IMG/VR virus record: IMGVR_UViG_3300032676_000720
Reading direction: 5' to 3' (one strand)
Origin: an uncultured virus (IMG/VR IMGVR_UViG_3300032676_000720)
Lineage: Duplodnaviria > Heunggongvirae > Uroviricota > Caudoviricetes
DNA length: 64,000 nucleotides
Positions 36,710 to 44,812 of this stretch are shown here, piece by piece. Below the pieces are notes generated by a model that saw nothing but the letters and a program-made list of their open reading frames with translations, did no database searches and was not told where the DNA came from. Every line of letters starts with the position of its first letter. Position 1 is the first letter of the stretch. Made by a program: the position numbers and the translations under genes.

Positions 36710-36813
36710 GTAATAAAGCATACTAAGGCAATCATTTTTGCGCTGTGGAAAAGCGCCATGTCTTCGATCCGCGATGCCATTGACGGACCAGGTCTTTTAG
36801 TATGCTTTATTAC
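36710..36813 (-). ncRNA. Unknown structured RNA
   Basis: Perfect 17-bp terminal stem GTAATAAAGCATACTAA/TTAGTATGCTTTATTAC with inner hairpins. Confidence 0.6.
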
Positions 36814-36912
36814 GCTGTAGTTTTTTGCTCCACAAAAGGAGTTTCATCGTACAGGCCGCCCGTTTACTAGATGTTTTAAGTGCCTAGCGTGGACCTCGTT
36901 CCCACATAACAC

Positions 36913-36941
36913 ACTATACTACCTTACTGTTTATTTGTCAA
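36913..36941 (-). promoter_or_regulatory. sigma70-type promoter
   Basis: TTGACA-17-TATAGT. Confidence 0.65.
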
Positions 36942-37105
36942 TCTTCTATTTGAAAATAAACAGCTTCTTTACGCTGCGAAGCAAGTAATACCTTTGCTCG
37001 CTCGATCTTATTCTGAATCAACTTCTGCTTTTGCTCATCACTGAGTGAATAACTATAAGCCTGTTCCACAATACGATCATTTAATTTACTATAATCTATT
37101 GTCAT
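36938..37105 (-). CDS. 55-aa hypothetical protein (not in ORF track)
   Basis: SD AAGGA; MTIDYSKLNDRIVEQ...FQIED. Confidence 0.55.
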   Translation of the reverse strand: MTIDYSKLNDRIVEQAYSYSLSDEQKQKLIQNKIERAKVLLASQRKEAVYFQIED

Positions 37106-37119
37106 CTTTCTTTCCTTTT

Positions 37120-37155
37120 AAAAACAAAAAACCCGGAGTGTTTAGTTCCGGGTCC
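37120..37155 (-). terminator. Intrinsic terminator (candidate attenuator)
   Basis: GGACCCGGA-9 nt loop-TCCGGGTTT then TTTGTTTTT. Confidence 0.85.
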
Positions 37156-37182
37156 TTAAAGTTTGTGATATTAAAATATTAC

Positions 37183-37344
37183 TTAATCATCATATCCTTC
37201 TTGGACCCTACTATAATCTTTCCCTGCCTCAATCATATTAAAGCCACTATTATGAATTGTTGAGCGTAAAGAGGCTACCGGGCTCCAGCAGAGTGCTGAA
37301 CCTTGTGCTATTTGATACGTTACGGACAATCTTGTATTTTTCAT
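37183..37344 (-). CDS. Candidate 53-aa attenuator leader peptide (not in ORF track)
   Basis: MKNTRLSVTYQIAQGSALCWSPVASLRSTIHNSGFNMIEAGKDYSRVQEGYDD between consensus promoter and terminator. Confidence 0.6.
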   Translation of the reverse strand: MKNTRLSVTYQIAQGSALCWSPVASLRSTIHNSGFNMIEAGKDYSRVQEGYDD

Positions 37345-37353
37345 AATATGTTT

Positions 37354-37455
37354 ATTATAATGCTTAATTAATTCTTTGTCAACCTTCTTTTTTACTTCTC
37401 TGAACTTTTATTTACCTAATGTTGCAATTATACGCATATTTCCATTGAAAGTCAA
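37354..37455 (-). promoter_or_regulatory. Tandem sigma70-type promoters
   Basis: TTGACA-17-TATAAT (37354-37382) and TTGACT-17-TATAAT (37427-37455). Confidence 0.85.
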
Positions 37456-37470
37456 CCACTTTTGGTAAAA

Positions 37471-37725
37471 TTAGTTGCCCCATCTTAAAAGGAAGAGTGA
37501 TGAGTCGGTATCGCGAACAAAACTTACACCACATAAGTGTGGTTGATCCAATGTCCACATGGTCCAAGTCCAGTGTATGTAATGTCTACCTACTGTTGTT
37601 TCAAGCCAATATTCCATAGTATCCACTGCGGCGATCCAATCTAAATTTCCATTGGTTTCTATTATTGGCCAAGGCGCTACAGCTCTATAAGGAAGTTCAG
37701 GATGTTTGTCCCAAAGTGCTCGCAT
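37471..37725 (-). CDS. Small FxLxW-family protein
   Basis: WLETTVG...DSSLFLLRWG. Confidence 0.65.
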   Translation of the reverse strand: MRALWDKHPELPYRAVAPWPIIETNGNLDWIAAVDTMEYWLETTVGRHYIHWTWTMWTLDQPHLCGVSFVRDTDSSLFLLRWGN

Positions 37726-37763
37726 AGAAGTATTTACGAGCCCAGAACTTTCATTATATGCTA

Positions 37764-38378
37764 TTAATTGATTAGATCTTCTATAGATTTTTCGAACCCC
37801 ACTGTAATTACTAATCTCGGTCCTGGGCTCAAATGTACGGTATGCACATAGTCTGTGCGTACAAATGCGCTAGGAGTTAGTAAATTTGATTCTGCAGCCG
37901 TAGCAGGGCCTAAATATTCCATTTTTTCTGCTACTGTTGTTCCTGGCATAGTTAGCCCAGTAAAAGGTAATCCAGTTCGAGTACTTACTTGAGTAATCGA
38001 GTATAGTCTTTTATCAGTATGATGAAAATCGGTCCACCAATGCATAGGATCTTCTGGATTACCTTTTATTAATATATTAAATCTACTTTTTAAAATTTTA
38101 TGGTTTTCGTTATCCACATGGGGTCTTCCATAACCTTGATTTTCTAAATTAGCTAAATGTGCGGTTATGATTAGATTGGATGTATCACAATTATATTGCG
38201 ACAAATAATTTAATAATTCTTGTCCAGCACTTACTTCACGCCATTCGTGCTGTAACTTTCTTTGATCCCAATCTAAATTATGATAAAAATTTTCATTAAA
38301 ATGATTTTTATATCGATTAAGTATCCAATCTTTAGCTTCCTGCGAAAAATCAAAATCTGTTTTATGGAATAGTAACAT
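37764..38378 (-). CDS. 2OG-Fe(II)/cupin-like oxygenase, tandem duplicate
   Basis: RPHVD, FVRTDYVH, PRLVITV. Confidence 0.6.
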   Translation of the reverse strand: MLLFHKTDFDFSQEAKDWILNRYKNHFNENFYHNLDWDQRKLQHEWREVSAGQELLNYLSQYNCDTSNLIITAHLANLENQGYGRPHVDNENHKILKSRFNILIKGNPEDPMHWWTDFHHTDKRLYSITQVSTRTGLPFTGLTMPGTTVAEKMEYLGPATAAESNLLTPSAFVRTDYVHTVHLSPGPRLVITVGFEKSIEDLIN

Positions 38379-39009
38379 TGATTAACTCTTCTATACTTTT
38401 ATCGAAAGGCACAGTAATTACCAATCTTGGTCCAGGACTTAATTTTATAGTATGAATATAATCTGTGCGTACAAATGCGCTAGGAGTTAGTAAATTTGAT
38501 GCTGTATCTGTAGCAGGACCTAGATACTCCATTTTTTCTTCATTAGTGTGTCCTGGCATAGATAAACTACTAAATTCTTGATTAGTACGTGTATTTAAAA
38601 CATTACTATAGTACAAGCGTTTATCTGTATGGTGAAAGTTAGTCCACCAAAGCATAGGATCTTCTGGATTACCAAGCACTATTATATTAAATTTTGAAGT
38701 TACTGTTATTTTACCTTTAGCAGGTCCGTATAATTGTTCGGCGTCAACGTGCGGGCGACTATAATATGGTATTGTTAAATTTGCCAGATGAGCAGTTATG
38801 ATCAGATTAGATGTATCGCAATTATATTGAGAAAGGTAAGACAATAATTCTTCTCCAGCAATAGATGCTCGCCATTCATGTTGTAGTTGATTTTGAATCC
38901 AATCATAATTATGATAGAAATTTAATTTGAAGTGATCTTTATATCGGTTAAGTAACCAATCTTTAGCTTCTTGTGAGAAATCAAAATTTGTTTTATGATA
39001 TAACAGCAT
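38362..39009 (-). CDS. 2OG-Fe(II)/cupin-like oxygenase, tandem duplicate
   Basis: RPHVD, FVRTDYIH, PRLVITV. Confidence 0.6.
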   Translation of the reverse strand: MLLYHKTNFDFSQEAKDWLLNRYKDHFKLNFYHNYDWIQNQLQHEWRASIAGEELLSYLSQYNCDTSNLIITAHLANLTIPYYSRPHVDAEQLYGPAKGKITVTSKFNIIVLGNPEDPMLWWTNFHHTDKRLYYSNVLNTRTNQEFSSLSMPGHTNEEKMEYLGPATDTASNLLTPSAFVRTDYIHTIKLSPGPRLVITVPFDKSIEELINVTIP

Positions 39010-39509
39010 TATAATTTCCTACTAGTATTATCAAATTCTATCATAGTGACTCTTTTATTATCTAAAAAATATTTAATACCGTTAATAACTTGATTAACAT
39101 CAATGACTGTACGACCTAATTCAACGCACCTAGCATTATTTTCAAGAAAACCTGGTATCAACAATAAACATCTTTCTGGATAAAATGGTTTATGATATTG
39201 ATATGTTTCGTGTATTATTTTTTTATTAACTTGATATGGATTGGTGCTATAGTATCCAGCAATACTTCCAATAGTAATTAAAGTTACTTTTGAATCTTTT
39301 AAATCTTTTATGATATTTGCTTGTATAGTACCTGAATAGGCATTATTGAATACTATGTCCGCTGATTTCATTATAGACAAGCACTCGTCGTACTTTGTAG
39401 TTAAATCGTATCCGTTACTACGACTTAACCCGATAACTTCTTCATTGGGGAATAATTCAACTATTTTGCTTCCTACTAAACCAGTATGTCCAGTGATTAC
39501 TATCTTCAT
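39009..39509 (-). CDS. Short SDR-like NAD(P)-binding protein
   Basis: ITGHTGLVG, FNNA, YQVNK. Confidence 0.7.
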   Translation of the reverse strand: MKIVITGHTGLVGSKIVELFPNEEVIGLSRSNGYDLTTKYDECLSIMKSADIVFNNAYSGTIQANIIKDLKDSKVTLITIGSIAGYYSTNPYQVNKKIIHETYQYHKPFYPERCLLLIPGFLENNARCVELGRTVIDVNQVINGIKYFLDNKRVTMIEFDNTSRKL

Positions 39510-39524
39510 TCTATATTTACCAAC

Positions 39525-39548
39525 AAAAAAAGGACCCGAAGGCCCTTT
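39525..39548 (-). terminator. Intrinsic terminator
   Basis: AAAGGGCC-TTCG-GGTCCTTT plus T-run. Confidence 0.85.
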
Positions 39549-39566
39549 TAGTTTAACTCGTAAAAA

Positions 39567-40019
39567 TTAGAACGAGTACTTAACACCTGCGGTTACGATG
39601 TTGCCATTGTAAGCCTTAGTAATGTTATTACCTTTTTGGTAGGCATAATCAGCTACCAAATTTACATTCTTAACTACAGGATAGGCAATCCCTGCGCCAA
39701 TAAATCCAGCACCACCATTACCTACGCCAGGTTTTTGTGTGTCAATAAATGCAGCTCCAGCACGAACATTAGTTTGTACGGGACCTAGTTTGATAACGTC
39801 ATAACTCACAGATGCTGTGTAACGATTAACATCAACAGCATTGGTAGTACTACGATCAAAAGTTCCTTGAACGCCAATTGCGCCAAATGATTGACCAACA
39901 GAAACGCCTGCGGTATCTTGTTTAGAGCCCATGTTGCGGCCACCAAAAACACCAACGTCAGTTGCGAAAGCAAAAGTAGTTGATGCTAATAATGCTACTG
40001 CTAAAATTACTTTTTTCAT
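39567..40019 (-). CDS. Small outer-membrane beta-barrel protein
   Basis: Signal peptide; amphipathic strands; C-terminal GVKYSF. Confidence 0.8.
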   Translation of the reverse strand: MKKVILAVALLASTTFAFATDVGVFGGRNMGSKQDTAGVSVGQSFGAIGVQGTFDRSTTNAVDVNRYTASVSYDVIKLGPVQTNVRAGAAFIDTQKPGVGNGGAGFIGAGIAYPVVKNVNLVADYAYQKGNNITKAYNGNIVTAGVKYSF

Positions 40020-40138
40020 ACTAATAGTTCCTTTATGTTTATACTACTGAACAAATATTTATTGTTTTTTTGCGTTGGCCTGCAAAAATTGCTAGGTTTT
40101 GGCATATTTTTAAGTTTAATATACGCATATAATGAAGT

Positions 40139-40164
40139 CAAAAGAATAGGGGTCGAAGCCCCTA
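40139..40164 (-). terminator. Terminator after tmRNA
   Basis: ATAGGGG-CTTCGA-CCCCTAT-TCTTT. Confidence 0.7.
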
Positions 40165-40169
40165 TCTGT

Positions 40170-40503
40170 TATTTTCTGTTTCGACGGATAACTCCGCAAA
40201 GCAGTGATTAAACTGCTAATGTTTGGCGTTGTGCTGTACGAGCAGAGAAACGAATTCCCTTACCTGAAACAGTTACTTCGCCTTTAGATGCGTTTGCATT
40301 TAAGTTTTTCGCTTGATTTACAGTCATCGCCTACTGTGTTGCCTCTTTCATTATCTCACCATGTCGAAACCTTGTCATCCCCACTGAAACATACTACAGC
40401 TTTTGGCCTCGCTACCGATAACTCGGTTCGGTAATATGCTTCGGTGGAGATGCCGGGAATCGAACCCGGGTCCACAGCGCCTTCACTACGAAGGAATTAC
40501 AAC
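40170..40503 (-). ncRNA. ssrA: Circularly permuted (two-piece) tmRNA; outer ends approximate
   Basis: T-arm/acceptor GGACCCGGGTTCGATTCCCGGCATCTCCACC precedes GGGGATGA...TTCGAC (40382); G3:U70; tag frame 40297-40208. Confidence 0.9.
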
Positions 40504-40509
40504 AATTCT

Positions 40510-40713
40510 TTACAGCGGAAGAATATTTGATGCTTGCTTGCCTTTAGGGCCTGCCACTACATCGAATGTTACCGCTTGATTCTCTTTTAAACTCTTAAAA
40601 CCATTTGTGCTAATTGCGGAAAAATGTGCAAACAATTCCTCACCACCAGCATCGGGGGTAATAAATCCAAACCCTTTTGCATCATTAAACCACTTTACTT
40701 TACCTGTTGCCAT
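40510..40713 (-). CDS. cspA: Cold-shock protein
   Basis: [20 protein letters not shown]. Confidence 0.95.
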   Translation of the reverse strand: MATGKVKWFNDAKGFGFITPDAGGEELFAHFSAISTNGFKSLKENQAVTFDVVAGPKGKQASNILPL

Positions 40714-40741
40714 GTTACTTTACTTCCTTTATTAAAAACTA

Positions 40742-40957
40742 TTATACTACTATTTTACCTATTTTGTCAACCAATTTGATATAAACAAGCGTAGCGTGAT
40801 ACTTAATATATCTAACCACTCTAAAACTCAAATGAGCATTAGTAGGTATATTTAGTATTGATCGGTTCCGAATTGCTGGCAATGGACCACAACCTAATCT
40901 GCTCCACTCTTCTTCAGAGTAATAATACTGTTCAACTGGTTTTTTGTTCTGTTCCAT
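40742..40957 (-). CDS. Small hypothetical protein
   Basis: TAAATA-N5-ATG. Confidence 0.4.
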   Translation of the reverse strand: MEQNKKPVEQYYYSEEEWSRLGCGPLPAIRNRSILNIPTNAHLSFRVVRYIKYHATLVYIKLVDKIGKIVV

Positions 40958-40999
40958 AAATCTATTTAGTACTGGTAGGCCTTGTTACTTAAAGACATT

Positions 41000-41075
41000 T
41001 GGTGGTCCGGGTAGGACTTGCACCCACACTCCCCGAATTATGAGTTCGACGCTTTACTTTTTAAGCTACCGGGCC
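41000..41075 (-). tRNA. tRNA(CAU), Ile2/Met type
   Basis: CT-CAT-AA; GGCCCGG acceptor; CCA. Confidence 0.8.
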
Positions 41076-41104
41076 ATCTTTACTACATTGTAAGTATAAC
41101 ATCG

Positions 41105-41473
41105 TTAGCTATAATTGTCAAGAAATTTTTCTAGACTACCATACAAATTAGCTAATACTGCTTCTTTACTACCAAAAAAAACAATAGACTTTGGTACACC
41201 TTTAGTAGTTATAATATAGTAAGGCATTTGAAGTTTTCTATCAAGGTCTAGTATTGTATGCTGATTAAACTTCATAGGATCATCAATGCGATATTCATAA
41301 AATTCAAGGTCTAATGTATCGGCTAAAGCAAACCAACCTAATTGAGTTAATCTAAGTCCGCCAGTTGGACGCAAATTATACCACCATGATACTCTAGCTG
41401 ATTCTACGCTAATGCGTTGTTCTTCCGGGAGTTGATTTACTAATTGTTCTGTAAGTTTGAGTTTGTTACGCAC
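41105..41473 (-). CDS. Hypothetical protein
   Basis: WWYN..GGLRLT..G, PYYI. Confidence 0.7.
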   Translation of the reverse strand: MRNKLKLTEQLVNQLPEEQRISVESARVSWWYNLRPTGGLRLTQLGWFALADTLDLEFYEYRIDDPMKFNQHTILDLDRKLQMPYYIITTKGVPKSIVFFGSKEAVLANLYGSLEKFLDNYS

Positions 41474-41480
41474 AGTAATA

Positions 41481-41768
41481 TCAAGGATATACTTTTTCGC
41501 CTTGCTTGAGTAACACTACGCTAAACTTATCAGTTTTGAATTGTGTGTTGAGTTTTTTGGCAAGATTGATTGCGTGACCTGGATTACTAAAACTTACTTT
41601 TTTATATTTAGGTCCAGGGTACTGAACTAATAAATTAGAAGTTTTAAGATTAACTGGTTTATTATCAAAGTAAACGGCCCATACTCCTTCCGAAGCAAGT
41701 ACTTGCTCGGTTTTGTATGTTTGCTTGTTTGTAAGCTCAGCTAAAATGGTTGGCTTGGGGCGACTCAC
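41481..41768 (-). CDS. Hypothetical protein
   Basis: MSRPKPT, YKKVSFSNPGHA. Confidence 0.7.
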   Translation of the reverse strand: MSRPKPTILAELTNKQTYKTEQVLASEGVWAVYFDNKPVNLKTSNLLVQYPGPKYKKVSFSNPGHAINLAKKLNTQFKTDKFSVVLLKQGEKVYP

Positions 41769-42367
41769 TTAGAATTCCTTTTGAATAGTTCTTTTCGTGC
41801 TTCAGATATTTTTTTACAAGTTTCTGGAGAACGCTTTTTACCTTTGTGGAGCAACGATATTTTTTGTTTGAATTCCTCACTTCGTGGAACCATTATTTGT
41901 TTAGCTCTAGCATCTTTTATTTTTTGTTTTGTTTCGTCACTATGCTTTTTTCCTAACATAGTAGGCGCTTGTTTTGCTCTAGCAGTTCGAATCTTTTCTT
42001 TACTAGACTCTGTATGTCTATAGTTTTTACTATTTTCTCTAATTTTTTGTCTAGTGGACTCTTTTACAGTACCGTAACTACCTCCCATTAATCCATCTTC
42101 GGGTTTAATGTTAGCCCATTCTGCTGACTCGACAATTTTGTTTTCTGTAGAAAATTTTAAAGCGTATTCGACTAATGTTTCTTTATTATCGAATAGCTGA
42201 CACCAAACGGTAGTAACATCTAGACCGTGTTTATTAAGATGTGCCCGCCAGTGTACGCCAGATCCTAAATATTTGTTAGGATCCCGTATAGTTTTTCCAA
42301 AGTATTTTAGACCGGTAGTATTATGTTGCTTAATGTACAACCAGGTAGGTTTAAACGGTTTCGACAT
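41765..42367 (-). CDS. GIY-YIG-like homing endonuclease with NUMOD3 repeats
   Basis: LYIKQH..TGLKYFGKT..YLGSG; HSDETKQKI repeats. Confidence 0.8.
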   Translation of the reverse strand: MSKPFKPTWLYIKQHNTTGLKYFGKTIRDPNKYLGSGVHWRAHLNKHGLDVTTVWCQLFDNKETLVEYALKFSTENKIVESAEWANIKPEDGLMGGSYGTVKESTRQKIRENSKNYRHTESSKEKIRTARAKQAPTMLGKKHSDETKQKIKDARAKQIMVPRSEEFKQKISLLHKGKKRSPETCKKISEARKELFKRNSK

Positions 42368-42405
42368 AGTATATTATTTAGTCATAATATACCTACTTAT
42401 TTCAT

Positions 42406-42618
42406 TTATTTGAACCCACCGCCATCAATTTTAAGTTCAATAACCTGGTCCTGCTGGGGCTTTAATGCGGCTGTTTGTAGGGTTCTAAGTTCAAGTAATA
42501 GCTCGGTTAAGTCCGCGGCCATGCCTTTAGCATCTTTCATTGGCATAACAAAGTCTTTACTACCCCGAGCATCATTACCTCGAACCCGCTCAATAAATTT
42601 TTGTAAGTGTAAGCTCAA
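42406..42618 (-). CDS. Hypothetical protein
   Basis: ORF track; ends DGGGFK. Confidence 0.6.
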   Translation of the reverse strand: MSLHLQKFIERVRGNDARGSKDFVMPMKDAKGMAADLTELLLELRTLQTAALKPQQDQVIELKIDGGGFK

Positions 42619-42989
42619 TGTTCTCTCTTTAAAAAGTTAGCTAGCTTAGGTGGTTCCCATCCCAATGGTTTAAGAATTTTACCATCTTCACGACGGCGTA
42701 CTTTGCCCAGTTGACGGTCAATTTTGGCAAAGTTAGTAGCCATTACCTCACGCCAAGCACCTTCACCATCTGCGCCCATCGAATTGATTGCTCCGATAGT
42801 AACGACAATAATATCGATTAAAGCATCAAGAGTTTCAACTTGATTTTTATTAGCAATAGCTACTTGTAGCTCGTCGTATTCTTCTGTAATCAATTTGGAG
42901 TAAAGTCTAAACTGATCATCATTCATGCCTGAGATAGTCTGCTCGCAAGCTGTCATAAATTTTGCTGAATCCTTAAACGGGTTTGTCAT
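42615..42989 (-). CDS. MazG-like nucleotide pyrophosphohydrolase
   Basis: EEYDE, DALID, REDGKILKP. Confidence 0.85.
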   Translation of the reverse strand: MTNPFKDSAKFMTACEQTISGMNDDQFRLYSKLITEEYDELQVAIANKNQVETLDALIDIIVVTIGAINSMGADGEGAWREVMATNFAKIDRQLGKVRRREDGKILKPLGWEPPKLANFLKREH

Positions 42990-43606
42990 ACTTTTTCCTT
43001 TTTCTTTAATTGTGCGTTGCGTCTTGCTTCGGACCAAGGCTTACCTTTATGCTGTGATCCATAAATCTTTTTTCTCTCTTCTTCTGTAAGAGAACTTCTA
43101 TGTTGTAATGCCTTTTCTTGCATCACTACTTTTGTATCTTCTGAATGTTCTTTATCTCTAAACGGATTATTTTCCTTCATCCATTCTCTGTGTTTTTCTT
43201 TTCTTCTCTTTGCTTCTTCTTTATCCTGTTGTATCTCTTCGTAAGTCTTGCCTTTGTTTTTACCTGGCTTACCTCTGCTGGCATTGCCTATTTTAGTTTT
43301 TGCTTCTTCGGTATGACTAAACGGACCACCATCGCCTGCTTCTGGTTTTAAGTTAGCCCACTCTGGACTATCTACTACCTGCCATAAGTCACTGTAGTAC
43401 AGGCCCCAGGCTCTTATTTCTTCATTATCTTTACACTCTTTTAATATTTCTGTATCAACATCATTGCCGTGTTTCTCGATATGAGCTGACCAACGCTTAC
43501 CAGAACCTTTGTAAGTGTACGGATCTTGATTAGTCTTACCTAAATATTTTAATCCGGTTTTACGATGAGTTTTAATGTACAAGTAAATCATATTGTACTT
43601 AGTCAT
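42986..43606 (-). CDS. GIY-YIG-like homing endonuclease
   Basis: LYIKTHRKTGLKYLGKT..YKGSG; WANLKPE. Confidence 0.8.
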   Translation of the reverse strand: MTKYNMIYLYIKTHRKTGLKYLGKTNQDPYTYKGSGKRWSAHIEKHGNDVDTEILKECKDNEEIRAWGLYYSDLWQVVDSPEWANLKPEAGDGGPFSHTEEAKTKIGNASRGKPGKNKGKTYEEIQQDKEEAKRRKEKHREWMKENNPFRDKEHSEDTKVVMQEKALQHRSSLTEEERKKIYGSQHKGKPWSEARRNAQLKKKEKV

Positions 43607-43796
43607 CGTAAAGGGTTAGTCATTTATTTCTCTTGTATCTTTTTCACTTCTATACAAGCCCATCCCGATGCTGATTTAACAAGTACTCCATCATTCATTT
43701 CGCATTGGTTAGCTCTTTGTATTTGCTGATAAATCAAAAAAGGAACGGATAACAATATCAATAAAAGTATTGGCGGCCAAATTTTTTCAATTAAAT

Positions 43797-44246
43797 TCAT
43801 TTAGGTAGTGCCTCTTCTTTAGTTTGAAATGGACCCTCGTAAGGGTAGCGTTGTAATACAATTAATTTAGGATCTTGCATAGCCGCCCAATGACGACCTT
43901 TCTTGACTGTGTACCAACCAGCCGCATACCAAGATTTACTTTTCTTTGTTTTAGTGTAAACTGGTAGCTTTTGTGGAACGTCCCACATAGGATTATATAC
44001 ACGACCTGCTGCCGGAAAGCCATGTACTATATTGGTTGTTTTCTTTTTCTCAGGTTTAATAATAGCTTCAAAAGTAACATTGATATTTCGTTCAACTAAT
44101 TTAATACTTTTGTATTGTGCTACTACTTGATTATTAATCTTAACTTGATAGCCGCCATCGCAGGCTTCAATGTTCCCTACTTTATTATTATTTTCTTGTA
44201 AAATCCAAAACTGTTTATCTATTACGGGTTTAGCTACTAGACTCAT
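43797..44246 (-). CDS. Hypothetical protein
   Basis: YTKTKKSKSWYAAGWY, YPYEGPF. Confidence 0.7.
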   Translation of the reverse strand: MSLVAKPVIDKQFWILQENNNKVGNIEACDGGYQVKINNQVVAQYKSIKLVERNINVTFEAIIKPEKKKTTNIVHGFPAAGRVYNPMWDVPQKLPVYTKTKKSKSWYAAGWYTVKKGRHWAAMQDPKLIVLQRYPYEGPFQTKEEALPK

Positions 44247-44425
44247 TTAGTCATCCTTTTTCTACATTGTTCTTTTACTGCTACAGGATAGTCGGGACTA
44301 ATCTCTGCGATACCACAATCATACTTTACTGTTACATGGCGTACATCTGCGGGCCAAAATGCTAAGGCTAATATAGTTAACAATACAGCAAATGTTACCG
44401 TAGTCCAAAACATATCTTTAGCCAT
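44243..44425 (-). CDS. Small membrane protein
   Basis: TM plus YDC..EISPDYP...C. Confidence 0.55.
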   Translation of the reverse strand: MAKDMFWTTVTFAVLLTILALAFWPADVRHVTVKYDCGIAEISPDYPVAVKEQCRKRMTK

Positions 44426-44426
44426 A

Positions 44427-44639
44427 TTATTCTTCAACTCCAAAATGTTCTTTAATTACTCTGCCTACACCTAGAGTAATACCTTCGGCTTCTGAATTAT
44501 GGTCATTGGCAACTTCGGCACATTCCTGAACAATCAACTCGGCGAACTTGGCTAAATCGTCGTGCGACATATTGCCATCGCTTAGATTATTATCAGTGAT
44601 ACCAGCCTGTTCAGCAAGTTGTTTAATCTTCTCGTTCAT
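44427..44639 (-). CDS. MNE..FAEL..HFGV family protein, isolated copy
   Basis: MNEKIKQLAEQAG, KFAELIVQEC, HFGVEE. Confidence 0.7.
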   Translation of the reverse strand: MNEKIKQLAEQAGITDNNLSDGNMSHDDLAKFAELIVQECAEVANDHNSEAEGITLGVGRVIKEHFGVEE

Positions 44640-44812
44640 TGCTTTAATTCCCAAATTTAATTGTATGCTACTATTGTAACAGAATTTAACCATACGGTCA
44701 ACTATTTTGGTAACCTAATAAAATTAACGAAAGATAAATATGAACTAAATAAGTGTAGTTCGCGATCCTGGCAGATCCAACTACTCTAACAGTTAAAAAG
44801 GAACTATTAGCA

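Noticed and set aside
35237..36820. ORF-track entries 35237, 35409, 35493, 36471, 36486 and 36509
   Set aside because: They overlap tRNA genes and look like shadow frames
36817..36870. Hammerhead ribozyme (GATGAAAC-like text)
   Set aside because: No CUGAUGA core or correct stem arrangement
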